Positions 26,803-40,660 of a stretch of DNA of 64,000 nucleotides are shown piece by piece. Position numbers and translations under genes: made by a program. The stretch is taken from assembly GCF_009914755.1 (NCBI RefSeq), contig NC_060929.1; one strand, given 5' to 3'. Under the pieces are notes generated by a model that searched no databases, had not been told where the DNA came from, and was given only the letters and a program-made list of their open reading frames with translations. Source of the DNA: the human T2T-CHM13v2.0 reference genome, Homo sapiens. Position 1 is the stretch's first letter, and each line of letters starts with the position of its first letter.

Positions 26803-26892
26803 CTGTGGAAGTCCCCCAAAACTATTTAGTAATGGGTTCTGGAATCACCAAACATAAAGCAGACCACTAATTCAAACTTTATATGAGCTTAC

Positions 26893-26975
26893 TTTCAATC
26901 GTGGAAAGAAGCAGACATTCATGAAAGTATGAACATATTCCAAATCCTTATCAATGTACAGCGCTGCAATAAATG
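26893..26975 (-). CDS. DROSHA: DROSHA coding exon (S)FIAALYIDKDLEYVHTFMNVCFFPRLK
   Basis: 83 nt; ttttttccccag / gtaagc. Confidence 0.97.
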
Positions 26976-28381
26976 CTGGGGAAAAAAGAATACTTTAAAA
27001 TAAACCACAATCACTGCCATCTATCAGAAAGAGTAAGAGACCTAGACCTTTAAGCAAAATTTTAGTAATAGTTTCAACTTCCAGGCCCTCTTTATTTTTC
27101 AGTGCTACCATTTCATCTTCCCCCACTTTTTATCATTAATATCAGAAGCAGCAAGAGATGTGTAAGATGCAAATCATAGAGTACAAACACCAAACTGCAT
27201 TTAGCTAAGGGCTAAAGGAATAGCTTAAAAGGTACACAGAATGCCGCTGTATATCAGGGAAAAAATGCTGAGCACCCAACCCTGTTCACATCAAATAAGT
27301 CAAAATATTACTTGAAGATTAGATATGATGCCAGAATACGCACATTCTTGGGTCTTGCCATTTTCAACACCAATCCTGAGATCCCCTGTTTTTAAGGATT
27401 CTATGTTAAATTTAATGAACAGAAATGGGGTAATTTATAGATTCAATCTGCCCAAAAAGAGAAAAACTTAATACTGATCTTAATGACAACAATATGTCAA
27501 ATTTTGCATTAATAAATGGTGACCCCCTAGGATGACTTCATTTAAAGGTACCTTGACAAAGCAAACAAATGGTGCATTTTCAAAAGAAGGAATAAAAATA
27601 GCTTTCATTGAGCTAAAAAAAAAAAAGAATGATCTCTCTGTTTAATTTTTATGTGATTTTCATCTTTAAATTACTTTTCTTTCATTGAAAAAGAAGTTAA
27701 GTTCCTTAGTCAGAATGCCTTTGCACTTTGTAAATAAGCTAGTTTTGCATGGTAGACTTTGATACTTGAATATAATTCCCATTGTCAAAAATACCGTAAC
27801 ATTAAAAAAAAAGTTCTAAGGCTCAGTGAATGGCCCACTTATTTTGAAGTAATACAAACAATACAACTATGTGTATAATCCTTTCGTTAACTATAATAGG
27901 ATTATTTACAATGCTGCCAGACCATATCGGAAACTGCAAAAGACGACATTTGTCCGCAGAGCTTTGCACTCATTCAAAACAATGAATAATAGTTTCAGTA
28001 TTTAGTGAATAAATTACCCTTCTTTCTTCTGTGCCCCTATATGAAGGCTGCTGGGTGGCAAAAAGGCTCTGATTTACAACAACTGATCTTCATATTCTAT
28101 TACTGTTTCACACAAAGGGATGTGGTAGCTGAGTGTTAGGATGGAGGGGTATGTGTCGGGGGTACCACTGAACATAGATTGAACATAAAAATTCATTATT
28201 CACATGTCTTAGTTTCAAATTATTTTCCTTCAGAAAAGCTTTGGTAAAAAGCATAAAAAATTAAAATAGCAAACAAGGTTTCTTTAGCCAGAACATAATA
28301 ATAATGAGGAGGAGGACAAATACGGTTACTTGGACTTAAACTCTGAACCTGGAGGTTGAGAGAAAAGTGTGTGGCACTCAC

Positions 28382-28523
28382 ATTCCAAAAGGTCCGCCAA
28401 GGTCTTGGTGCGAAGCGCCACAGGCCTCTTGGTCTTGTCGTTGGTTATGGCGTACTCCTGCATGCCCAGCTCCTCCGCTACCTTGGCCTGAGTTCTATTA
28501 TTCACCAAAGAGCTTCGCAACAA
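28382..28523 (-). CDS. DROSHA: DROSHA coding exon LLRSSLVNNRTQAKVAEELGMQEYAITNDKTKRPVALRTKTLADLLE(S), includes catalytic E1222
   Basis: 142 nt; ttttgggcag / gtgagt; inside ORF 28326..28559. Confidence 0.97.
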
Positions 28524-29270
28524 CTGCCCAAAAGGAATGGCGGTACATTGAGAACACATTTCACTTTTGACCTCTCTTATTCCTGGGTTGGACCCAACTA
28601 GCCTGAGAGGCTGTCACTGACAGGGACACCAAAATAAGTGAGGTCTATGGCCTCAACCATCACCCAGATGACAGTGATATGCTCCATGCCCATTTACCTT
28701 CTCCTTAATAACGTACTCCACTCTACTATCCTGGATTTTTACCTTACTGACATAAATGGCTCATTTACTTCTTTAGGAGCATTGGGGCAGGGCTGTGGTG
28801 GGGGAGGGGGGATGTATAATAAGATTTAAGGTCATAGTTTCTAATAAGTTTAATGCTACAAAATAAGGAAGCATTAAGAGTGTTAAAATCAATTTTATTA
28901 AAGTGTAACTTACATTCAATAAAATGCACCCATTTTCAGTGCACAGTTAGATGAGTTTTGAAAAACATGTACATTTTTATCACTCCAAACAAATTCCCAG
29001 CATCTCCATGCAGTGAATCCTTCCCAACCCCTGACCAGGCAAACGGCCTGCTTTTTGTCACTGTACATTAATTTTAAAGGATTTTTTTTTAAGTCTAAAA
29101 TAAGCTTCAAGTTTCACGGCACTGATGCTAATTTTGATATTATAGGACTTAAGTGAGGTTTAAGTAAATACTATGAAAAGATTTAAATTATTTATTTACA
29201 TTTTTATTTTATTATTATTTTAAAGATTTATGGTATCTAGCTTGAGTCTCAGTTTTTCATACTGATATCC

Positions 29271-29562
29271 TTTTTTTTGAGACAGGCTCTTGCTCTGTTG
29301 CCTAGGCTGGAGTGCAGTGGTGCACCATCTTGGCTCACTGCAACCTCCACCTTCTGGACTCAAGCTATCCTCCCACCTCAGCCTCCCGAGTAGCTGTGAC
29401 TATAGGCGCCTGCCAACATGCCCAGCTAATTTTTGTATTTTTTGTAGAGACAGGGTTTCACCATGTTGCCTAGGCTGGTCTCGAACTCCAGAGCTCAAGT
29501 GATCCACCCACCTTGACCTTTCAAAGTGTTGGGATTACAGGCGTGAGCCACTGCGCCCAGCC
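29271..29562 (-). mobile_element. Alu
   Basis: Full dimer; TSD catactg(a/g)tatccttt. Confidence 0.95.
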
Positions 29563-32084
29563 CATACTGGTATCCTTTGTCTCTAATCAAATTAAAATAT
29601 AATTTTCATATTTCAACTTTAGGAATTCAAAACAAAAATTTCTACTAGGAATTTCATCAGACAGCTAAGAGTCCTCCAAGAATTTCCAACTAGTAACACT
29701 ATACACTGCATGAAAATTATGCAACGAATCCATTATAGAAGTGTCCATAAAACAAGTATGGTTTAGGCATTAACACTCATTAACCACTCACTAGGGAAGA
29801 GGAGAGGAGGACAGCCGGGAGCAAGGAGGTACATACAAAGATGGGAACTCACCAAACAAAAATGGAACATAATCATCCCTGATCTCTAAGATTTGGGAGA
29901 GTAATGCATCTACAACTACAACTTTTCTTAGAATACATATAACAAATTCTCGGTCTATTAAAAAACTTCCTGCTAAGAAACATTCCTGAAAACAGGGACG
30001 AGGAACAGGAAGCAGCTGTGAGTTGTGCTGGTATTCCACTCCCTGCTGTTCCATGTTGCACTTTCTTTATTAGATGCAAGTTTTATGCTCTGTGGCTCCA
30101 TGGTGTCAACAGAGCTTATGAAAATCAAGATTTATTCTTAGTGTCTGATAGTGAATCCTTGACAATAGATAAATAAGAAACAATATGTTCTTAATTTGTC
30201 TGACAATGATTCATGAAGCAAAAATATAACTTGATCTTCATAAGCCATGCTTGCTGTTGAATTTCAGGCTATGATTCTTTGCCTGTCTCTGCTTTCTTTC
30301 CTCCTCCTGTCTCCCCCTTAGTCCCATCTTTTCTTCAATATAGAGTTTCACTAAAATTAACATCCATAGAGGAGCTCAAAATTACAAGGCTAGCATATAC
30401 CATTAATATAAGACCCAACCAATAAAGAGCCCACTAGCCTAATATCTTGTAATTATGGAATAATTGAGCTGAAAGTGATATATCTTTTTTGGTTTGGATT
30501 TCATATGGGGACGGGGAGCTTTCCTAAAGTAGAGGCTGTGGGGGAATAGGATGGCTACTATGGGAACAAGGCTATGCTGAATAAGTTGGGTCCTCTCCGA
30601 ATATATGCTTTCGGTATGGGAAGAAAACTCTTTAAGCCGTGTATATGGAATGTTCATGCCTCAGATACAACAAGCCCGACGCACACATGAGCACACACAA
30701 ATGATGATACCTCACTGGCGGCCAGGCCCCACCTGCCACCTTCCAGTGTCAGGGCCCCTCACTCAGTGCTATACAGTAATGCTGTCTGACGGTGAAGGAG
30801 GAAAGCAGTGAGGATGGAATCAGAAGTGCTTCCAGTTTTATTTCAGACAAGCCCTGACAGGTCTTAAAGCAGAAGGGTGGCCAATAATAAGTGAGATCTG
30901 TAAGTTCTTGCCAAAAACCCAGAGCCTGAACCAAAAATCAGTGGGGGAGAAGGAAGCTACACATCATCCATATTCTCATCGTCAGTTTAAATTTAGAAAA
31001 TGAGTTGAAAAGAGAGAAGACCTTGCTCTTTACCTAGACAAGAAAGTCTGAATGGCAGTTCTCTAAATGACAACTTTCATCCTTGTCCTTTGCTGAACTC
31101 TACTTCATAATGAATCATGTTATTTGCCAAAGAACATGACCCAGGGGTATCAGCAAGAAAGAAAACCTGAGGTTATGGCAGTTCAGTGCACCAGTGGGTG
31201 CAGACCAATTACATGCCAGGCCCCGTGCTGACAGCTGAAGATCCTGAGAGGAGCAACGTGCTGCTGCTGCCCTCAGGAACTGACACCCTCCTCGGAAGCC
31301 ACGTGCAGACCGGCTGTTGCAATGCACTGTGGTGGCTGCAGTGCCAGCACAGAGACTGCAGATACATGCAGGTGCTCCTCTAGACCTCAGCTTTCCAGGG
31401 AGGCCTCCTGGAGGAGGGCTGACATTTGAGTAAAAGCATTTCAGGGCCTCATTTACCTGGCTGTAACACCAGAATCATAAGGTGCTTCTGAAAAGCTGGT
31501 GCCCAGGCTTCTTTCAAGAACCAACGAATCAACATTTCTAGAGATCTAACTTTTGAAAAGATTGATGTAGGTGGATTCTGATGAACACAGAATCAGAAGT
31601 GAAAAAGACTGAGTCAGCCAGTGAGAGAAGGGTGGGAAAGGGTTTCCAAGGAAGAGAGAGCAGCTATGGCAAATGCAAGGGGCCATTACACAGCAAGGTG
31701 ACCACTGGGTGGACCTGGAGGGGAAATCAGAGCCAAGGGAGGAGAGCTGATGCAGTGAGGCTGGCAGGTGATGTGAAGAAGACTGCACTTTCCTGTAGGG
31801 GAAGGGGAATCCCAAAAGATATCAAATGGGGGCAGTTGTGAGGTAATTTTTTTTTTATTTTAGAAAGATTGTTTTGGCGGAAGGATTTAAATGACATCAA
31901 GACATGAAGTTGAAAAGCCTGTAGATGGTGATGTTATAAATTACTATTTTACAAAGGGGAAATATCTATTTATATATTTTAGTGGAAATCTAGAAAATAA
32001 ACATTAAGCACCCAATTGAGCAGAAGACAGTTATCAGACTATTTTGCAAACAATGCCTCGTGTTAGAGATAGCAAAAAGCAAAA

Positions 32085-32310
32085 GATTTAGCACCAAGTT
32101 ACCTGGGTTCAAATTGTGGCTCTGGCACTTCCTAGTTAAGTGAACCTGTCTAAGTTATTAAATATCTCTGAGCCTCAGTTTCCTCATCTATAAAATGGAG
32201 AATGTAGTACCTAGCTCTCACGATTGTTTTGAGAATTAGAGTGGATGACATATAATCTAACTACAATGACTGGCATATGATAAACACAACAGAAATGTTA
32301 GCTGTTGCTG
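32085..32310 (+). mobile_element. MIR SINE
   Basis: core motif ctctgagcctcagtttcctcatctataaaatgg. Confidence 0.8.
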
Positions 32311-35300
32311 TGTTATTCACAACAGCATCATCATAATTCGACAAAATATGTTTGCTCTTCAGTTATGGGAAAAGGTTCTAGAAAATTCTAAGAATTCCTC
32401 TGAATTTGTTTTCAATGTAAAATGTTTTGGATACCCGTCCTGTCCACTCACTGTCCTCAAAATTCCCCATTTTACCAGGTGCTAACCTGTCATCAACAAC
32501 TTTAAAAAAAATACTTCCAAAAAGACAAAGTTTAATTTGAAATCACCAGAAATGACTAAGAAGACTATAATTAAAGCTCTCTGTAAACCTGAGGAAAGGA
32601 CTGCTGAATTCCTGGTGCAATGTCAGAGACCAATGTAAATATCCCAGATCTCAAACTCTGGTATTGAGAATCCAGGATGTTTTCTATTATGCCAGCATAG
32701 CAGTCTTTCATCATTACTTTAAACTTTCATAAGAAAAAGATTTATTCGTTTAAATAAAACATACATATTGACAATCTTCCTTCAAGTTCCCAATTTCACT
32801 CTTGAATCTGAAGGGAAAAACCACAGCTGGGGGATGAGCTACCAAAGAGGGACACCTAGTGTAAATTAAGCAGACTGTGATTTATTATTTTGAGGGCTTA
32901 ATATAAGAACACGGGGTGAAAGCAGAATATACTATTGAAAGTGACAATAATATGCCACACAGCTCTATTATAACAAGAGTGGTCGCCAGATGGTCTCCAT
33001 TTCCTGTGATAACTAAAGAAAAGGTACATAAATGCTAGCAGGCAAATACAGGTCAGATACAAAGAGCCAAATTATGTCAGTGACAGAAATCCTCATACAG
33101 GAGGCTGTGTAATCTATCTTCTCAACGAGATCTTTTAGATAAAATACCTGTTTGTCTGAATGATTTATGCTCAGTGCTGTGTGGAAGCATCAGGGCAGGA
33201 TTAGATCACTGGTTCTTGAGCTTTTTATCTGTAATCCTTGCTCTCTTTCCCATTATCCCAAATCATTAAAAACAAACAAAAACTGTAGGTTCATCACCGC
33301 TATAGTGCATGCCACCATTGGGTACAGTGCCTCGAACACAGCAGGCACGGAGATTAGCAACTATTTTTAGCAAAGAGTAAAGGCTAAGAAAGAAGAATGA
33401 TACAGAGGAGAAAACTCCTATGGCTTAAGATTTCCAAGGGTTACATTACAGGCATCCTGGCCTGTGTAAACACTTAATTTGAGGTGTTCTCACAATTTAT
33501 ACCTTGACCCTACTGCATACACCAACCTAAAAACTAAAAACTTCAGCATATGAAACAGAACTTCCCTCTATAGCCCAATGCAAACTCGGTTATCCTAGAA
33601 CAATTGGATAAGCCTAACACTCCTTCCCGAGTAGGCCTTTTGAATAGCCAACTTACAGAACAGAATGTTTTTCCCCATCAGCATTCAAAACTTGAAAGCC
33701 ATATTACATTTGCTCAATTGTCCTTATTCCCTTTAAGTGTGCAAGGGAATGGCTCAAAGCTAATTAATGCCTCCCAGTGTGAATTACTGTAGCTGTGTGC
33801 TCTTTAATCACAATAATGAATCATTTGCCATCCCCCAACCAATGCAACTGCAATAAGTAATCCTCTCCAAATTTTAAATTAATTTTAATCCTTAGACACT
33901 CATAAGTAAGCCTTCCGCTTCTTCCCTTATATATAAAGCAACAGTCCACTTCCCTCCAGTGCCACTGCCTCTTCCCTCTTGACTTAGCTGACTGCACAGT
34001 TGTCACTCTTCTATTTATTTAGCAAAGATATACTGAGGGCCTATCATATGCCAGGCACTGCTGAGCATACAGTGATGAACAAAAACATGCTCTCAAAGAA
34101 CTTCTAGTCCATTGGGGTAGGCAAACTGAGGTAAAGGCCAGGAAGGAAAACAACACAGAATTTTGATGCGGGGGCGGGATGGGTAAGGGTGGTCAGGGAA
34201 AGTTTCCCGCATCCAGAAGTCACACCAGAAAGGACATCTAAAGGAAGAGTAGAAGATACCAGGCACATAAAAGTAAGGGCTAGAACAGAACAGCTTCCAG
34301 GGAGAGGAAGAGCATACACAAAGGCCTGCTGGCAGGAGGAGGCCTGGAGAAATGCAAATAGCAGCTCAGTGCAGAGGTGCAGAGTGAGAACAAGAGCCTG
34401 TGGTACGAGGCTGGGCAGGCGGGCAAGGCCAGACCACCCAGGGCTTTGCCTGTTCTTTAGAAACTATCTGAAGAGCAACTGTAGAGAGTTAAGCTGGGAT
34501 AGGATGATCATTCAGTCAAAGCATACTTGCTGAGCACTGATATGCCAGGTACTTCCCAGGGACCAAGGAATCAGGAATGGAGAAAACAAACAAAAACCCT
34601 GGCCTTCATGGAGTTTACACTCTGATTGGAGAAGACAGATAGTAAACAAGTACATTACATACTATATGCTAAGGAGGAGAAAGGCATGAGAGGTTCCAGG
34701 CTGAGGAGGTGTGCTAGGGACAAGGGGAAGTGGTTGCCTATTTATTCAGGGTAGGTTAAGGAAGGCCTTATTGATAAGATGACATCTGAACAGAGACCTG
34801 AAGGAGGTGAGCGATTTGGCCGTATAGATTACCAGGAGAACAATACTGCAGCCAGATAAAATGCACTGCAAAGGCCCTGAGGCAAGGGCTTGCTTAGTGT
34901 CCTGCAGGAACTGGCATACAGGCCAATGTGAAGAGTCTTATGAAAAACAGAGACAGGGAGCCAGTTCATATAAGGTGACTGTAACAACATTGTCTTTTAC
35001 TCTTGAGATGGGAAGGTTTGGGAGGTTTTGTGCAGAAGAGGAATGTAATCCGGCTTCTCTTTAAAAATGATCCCTCTAGATGTGCTGAAAATTGACTGGG
35101 GCGCGGGGTATGAATCACTTGGGAGGTTATAGCTAATAATCTGGACTGCAGTGGCTCAGACCGGGTGATAACCATAAAAGTGGTCAGAATCTACACAGAA
35201 CTTAAACAAATGTACAAGAAAAAGGAAAGGGAAAAGGCCAAAGACACAAATTAGGAAGTAGTGTAAAGATGTATTCAAAGCCATGAGACAGAATGAGATC

Positions 35301-35844
35301 ACTTACGGAGCAGAAGTTGACAGAGAGGAGGTCTGACGACTGAGAACTGGGCCACTCCAATGTTAAGAGGTGGAGAGAGGAAGAGAAACAACCAAATGGG
35401 ACTGAAGATGAATGGCTGGTGTCGTCACAGTGTAGTCACTGTAGATGAAAGGCCAGCGTAGATTTGTTGTGAAGAGACTCCTTTGACTACAGCATGTAAA
35501 ATGGATTGGGCAGGGGCATGAGTTGACATAGGAAGACCAGGGTAGGAAGCTGCAAAAATGACTTCACAAAGGCCTGAGATCTGGGCCTCTTGAAGGATTT
35601 CTGCCTGAGAGGCTGTCCATCTCTCAGAGTTCAAAAATGCCCGTAAGAACAGCAAAGGCAGGCTTTTCAAATATTAGGATACATCCAGGAGACACCTGGG
35701 GACTCCAGCAGCCCACTCCTCTCACGGGAAGATGCTGCATTGCCTTATGTTTTGCATGAACACAACCTTCAGATTCCTATCCTTTGCAATTTAATAAACA
35801 TCACTTCTTTCAACTGGGTCTCTATCAATCACACTGTAACTCTA

Positions 35845-35944
35845 TGTGTGTGTGGTGTGTGTGTGTGTGTGTGTGTCACAGAGAGAGAGAGAGAGAGAGG
35901 GAGACAGAGAGAGAGAGACACAGAGAGAGAGAGAGACAGAGAGA
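35845..35944. repeat. (TG)n(AG)n compound microsatellite
   Basis: Direct reading. Confidence 0.95.
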
Positions 35945-36206
35945 GGAGAGTCTTGCTCTGTTGCCCAGCCTGGAGTGCAGTGGTGCAACCACAGCTCCTG
36001 GGCTCAAGCGATCCTCCCACTTCAGCCTCCCAAGTAACTGGGGCTACAAATGCATGCCACTCTACCAAGCTAGTTTTTTATTTTATTGTAGAGATGGAGT
36101 CTCATTATGTTGCACTGGCTGGTCTTAAACTCCTGGGCTCAAGCAATCCTCCCAGGTTGGCCTCCCAAAGTGCTGGGATTACAGGCATGAACCACCATAC
36201 CTGGCC
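35945..36206 (-). mobile_element. Alu (J-like) next to a (TG)n(AG)n repeat
   Basis: Alu consensus match. Confidence 0.92.
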
Positions 36207-38909
36207 CTTGTAACGTATCAATAGTTATGCAGAAATTAAACTGCAGTGGTCCAGGTGAGTAAGGCAGCTAGGGAGGATGTGGGTGACAGAAAAAAGCTCA
36301 TAAGGAAGAGGATAAATTCAAGAAATACTTGAGGAATAACACTGTCAGGGCTTGTGAATGGACTGGGATACAGAAAAGGGAGATAGAGAGAGGCATTCAA
36401 GATGTCTCCTAGGTTTCTGACATGCAACACTGAATGGGTGGTGCTGCCATTCAATTACTCAGGGAATACTGGACGAGGACCCAGGCAGGAGACTACAAAT
36501 TCAGTCTTACACATGTTGAGATGTTGAGAAGGCAGCTAGGGCTGGAACTCAGAAGGGAGACAGGACTGAAGAGATCAGTTTAGAAGTCATCTGCCGGTAA
36601 GATGAAACTGATGACACACATTGAAAAGACTGGTAGGAGAGACTCTATTAAAAAGAGAACATGGCCTAAGAGTGAGCATTTTAGACATGGACTGTTTATT
36701 AGCTGTGAGACTAAGATGTGTCTGCAAAGTAGGCTGAGAAAGAGTAGCTAAAGAGGTAAGAGGAAACCCAGGAAAGTGCACCGTGACAGAAGCCAACAAA
36801 GCTTGTGTTTCAAGAAGGAGGAGGGAGCAGCCATGTTAATGCTAATGGGAGTTGGTATCTGTTAGAATCTGCATTTAGCTTATTCTTTGTCTTTGTCTTG
36901 CCCGCAGATCTGCTGGTCCTGCTAATTTCTACCAAAGCGTTCTGTGAATATAATTCAAAAAGCCTTCACATAATTTTATCATTTGTCAACATCACTGTAA
37001 TAAGCTAGTCAAAAACTTTCTAATATTAAGACAGCAGGGCTGTTAAATACATTTTGGATAAAACTACACTTCTGGCATTGAAGTGACTTTGGAAAGAACA
37101 CAGAACTAGAGTCTCTCATCTAGTCCTAGTTTTACCTTTCTCTAGATCATGGACAGGACTCATGCCTTTCTGAGTTTTGGTTTCCGTACTGTTCAATGCT
37201 GGGGGTGGGGGAGTGGGGTGGGAGGGAAAATGTACACGGTGAGCAGGTGGGAAACAATAAACTTCCCATCTCTATAAGATCCTAGCGTTCACAATTAATT
37301 TTGTAGGAATACCAGGGGAAATGTGTGTATTTAAAGCAAACATTTTCAAAAGTGGCCTCTATAGGGCCCTAAGATGAATTACTATTTCAAACTATTTAGT
37401 TGGTTTGGCCATTTCTCGGGCCAACCAGATACTCTGACACGTATGAAGTGTCAGAGGATATTGAACATGCAATTTATTGTTTTTCTAATGAACAGTAAGA
37501 TACTATAGTTCATTTCTCAAAAATGTTTATAGTTTATGAATTTAATATTAAGTCATGAAAAAGACACTTTCTTGTCCACCTAAAAACTGTTAACTTTAAA
37601 TGGTAATCAAACTTAATATAAAAAAAGAGTACTGCTGATTCCTCAGCACTTATGATGGAACTCAAGAGATACTCATCGAGTGAGTGAATGCTAGGCTTAG
37701 AAATTCCACTGAAAAATGACATCTAAACAGCCAAGTCACCATATTCTCTCTAGTTCCAATATTTATGTCTCACATAAACTATTTCCAGGGCTCACTCACG
37801 GTTACAAAGATAAAATCCAATTCTATTCAAAGCAGAACACACATAAAAACTGTAGAGATGCAAAGTTTGAAAGACTTGTTATTTGCTTCAACATACTAAA
37901 GACAGACTGCACTAAGTATCTTGCAGTGTACCAGTATTTTTCTTTGCCCAATAAAGTATTTGCTTTCTCAATGTCCAGTCCTCAAGGGACTTCTCAAAGG
38001 TTACTCATTGTGCCTTAAGAGATCATCATGACCTCCTTCTGGATGTTTTGTTCACCATTTCAGGATATTATTGATTGGTTTCACAGAGTAAAAACAGTAC
38101 GCAACAAATAAAAAAGCTCACAAAAGTTTTATAAAATGAAACCAAAATAAGAGGCATAGGGACCATTTCACTTTGTTTATAAATCAAACCTGTCTCTGTA
38201 GCTCCCTTTCAACTCTGCCATGGTCTAACCAAACTAAGTCCCTACTGCCTCTCAGTCTTCTCATTTTTTTTATGCCATGCCTTTTCGTTCTGCAGTCCCA
38301 GTGTGTGTACTGCCCTTGCATAGACATTTCTTCCCACCAAATCCCAATGGCTAAATCCTAACTATCTTTAAAGGCTCAAACATCATTATACCCATGAAGC
38401 CTTCTTTGAACTCCACAGATAGAAGAAACCTCGTATTTTCCTAAACTGCACAAGTACAGCAATTTACCTAGGCTTCTTTATAATATTTAACATGTTCTAC
38501 CTTGCATTTAGTTATAGTAACTTAAGCTTTCTATAGTGTGTATCTACATGTATAAACTCATGATATATATACAGTGTTTATTTTGTGGTTATTTATTTAA
38601 GCTTTAATCTCCTCTAATAATTTTTAAGCTCCTTGTAAACAGACTTGGTGTCAACTTATCTTTGTTCCTTCCATGAGGCCTAGCTCAATATTTTGCACAG
38701 AGTAGGCAGTCAGTAAATAAAGGAGTATAAAATGAGCTCTCATTGCATATGTGCTTTGTATACAATTTGCACAATGAAATGAACAAAGCCAATGATAAGC
38801 TAAAGTCACTAAGAGTAAGAAATTAATTACATAGATATATATTTGACCCCTCTAATCTTCACTCTGCTTTACAGCAATCTTATTGGAGGAAGTGATTTAA
38901 CCAACTCAC

Positions 38910-39015
38910 AGTTAAGTGTCCTTCATGATGATCTGGGAAATGAATGAATAAGTACTCTGTGGCTACCAGTTGCATTATGGAGTCACCTAGGAATTCCATT
39001 CTCTGATTGTGGCCT
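38910..39015 (-). CDS. DROSHA: DROSHA coding exon (L)GHNQRMEFLGDSIMQLVATEYLFIHFPDHHEGHLT, RNase IIIb signature (E1147, D1151)
   Basis: 106 nt; ttttccag / gtgagt; second RNase III motif QRMEFLGD. Confidence 0.97.
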
Positions 39016-39391
39016 CTGGAAAAAGAAACATCAAAGTAAAGAAATCAATAACCATTTATGGATTTCCAAAAAAACACCCAGAATTTTAAAAAAGGAATGA
39101 CTTAAAAAGACAATGTGTTCATTTTGTTTTAAAGCACAAAACCAAATACAATTCCCTAAGGCCCCTCGATTGAGAAGAGATCTGAGTTAATATAGGCTGA
39201 GTTTTAAAGAAGAATAAAGTGAATATTATCTAAGGATTAAACGATTGCCAAAATAAAGACTGGTAAACACTGCCTGGTCAGAAGCTGAAGAGCATAAATT
39301 GAAAAATCAAGCATAATACAAACAACAATCTTGAAAGAAAGCAAACAGGTCCAAGACTTTTCTTTGCTAAATTTATTGAAATATATACTCT

Positions 39392-39508
39392 GGCCGGCTG
39401 CAGTGGCTCATGCCTCTAATCCCAGTGCTTTGTGAGGCTGAGGCAGGTGGATCACTTGAGCCCAGGAGTTTGAGACCAGCCTGGCAACATGAAGAAACCC
39501 CATCTCTA

Positions 39509-39586
<78 letters not shown>

Positions 39587-39604
39587 CATATATATAAAAA
39601 TTAG

Positions 39605-39653
<49 letters not shown>

Positions 39654-39845
39654 AATTAGCCAGGCATGGTAGCACACGCCTATAGTCCCCAGCTACTCAG
39701 GAGGCTGAGGCAGGAAGAGTGCTTGAGCCCTGAAGGTCAAGGGCCGCAGTGAGCCGTAATCATGCCACTGCATTCCAGCCTTCGCAACAGAGTGAGATCT
39801 GTCAGAAAAAAAAAAAGAAAGAAAGAAAGAAAAAGAAAAAGAAAT
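39392..39845 (+). mobile_element. Alu (J-like) with expanded A/(TA)n/(TG)n linker
   Basis: Both arms present, separated by a compound microsatellite. Confidence 0.93.
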
Positions 39846-40059
39846 AACATACTCCATTATTCAAAGCTGGAATCCAAATTTTAAAACAAAAAAAAATCTA
39901 TGATAAGAATCTTTCATCTTTACAGGTTAAAGAGAGTTGGAAATATTTGGTTTGGAAGAGGGGAGTAAAAAAATGAACAAAAAACAACCCCAAAGAAGTA
40001 AAATTTTGCTTATTTTCTTAATTGTTTCACTAGCTCACCTTCAAATCATTCATCTAGAG

Positions 40060-40260
40060 CAGGGGTCAGAGAGCCAAATCCAGCCCACGGACTGTTTCTA
40101 AGAATAAAGTTTTACTGGAACACAGCCATGTTCACTCATTTGCATTTCATCGATGGCTGCTTTGATGCTACTATGGCAGAGTCGAATCACTGCACACAGG
40201 CCACATGGCCCACAAAACCTAAAATATTTAGTATCTGTCCTGCTGGGAAAAAGTTTATAC
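40060..40260. mobile_element. MER58A-like hAT element
   Basis: caggggtca..gccaaatccagccc..aataaagttttactggaacacagccatg..cctaaaatattta. Confidence 0.8.
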
Positions 40261-40502
40261 TTCCTTCACACTTCTCCTAAAACTTAACAGAGAAACCAAG
40301 ATGCATGACAATGGAACCAACAACATTGGATTGGAGCATAACCCCAGGTCCACACTGAGGTCTGTCTGCTCACCCATCTCACAATGTGACTTTCCTGGAA
40401 ATATATTTGAAATCCCAATTCCTTCGAAGGGCATGCTCCAAAGGTCTGGGACTGCCTCATCTAAATGGTCACATTGGGACTACATGAGAACTTTTAACTC
40501 AC

Positions 40503-40660
40503 AGGGTCAGATGGTTAAATCCCACAGTTCTCAATGTGAATGCCCTTGCCAGAAGTCGAACATGAGTAAAAATTACTCCAATTGCTTCTTCAAACTCAGT
40601 AAGTTTTTGTAGAACCGGAGAAGTTTCAATAAGTTGTCGATCAGTATTTGGCTCTTGTAG
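40503..40660 (-). CDS. DROSHA: DROSHA coding exon LQEPNTDRQLIETSPVLQKLTEFEEAIGVIFTHVRLLARAFTLRTVGFNHLT(L), start of RNase IIIb
   Basis: 158 nt; ttcctgtag / gtgagt; hand translation. Confidence 0.97.

Larger units (their letters stand above)
34010..36850 (+). mobile_element. Cluster of L2 fragments
   Basis: tgccaggcactg..gtgatgaacaaaa, gacatctgaacagagacctgaagga, gaattcagt/acatgttgag-type L2 motifs; interrupted by an Alu. Confidence 0.65.

Noticed and set aside
26803-26892. 90 nt intron as a mirtron or in-frame retained intron
   Set aside because: The ends show no clear complementarity, and retention meets TGA at the 7th codon
32980-32998. CTCF-like motif tggtcgccagatggtctcc
   Set aside because: Mismatches at core positions; cannot be supported without a matrix score or ChIP data
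38982-38996. Wilms-tumour hotspot codons E1147 and D1151
   Set aside because: Both are wild type here (GAA, GAC); no coding difference from the recalled reference protein was seen
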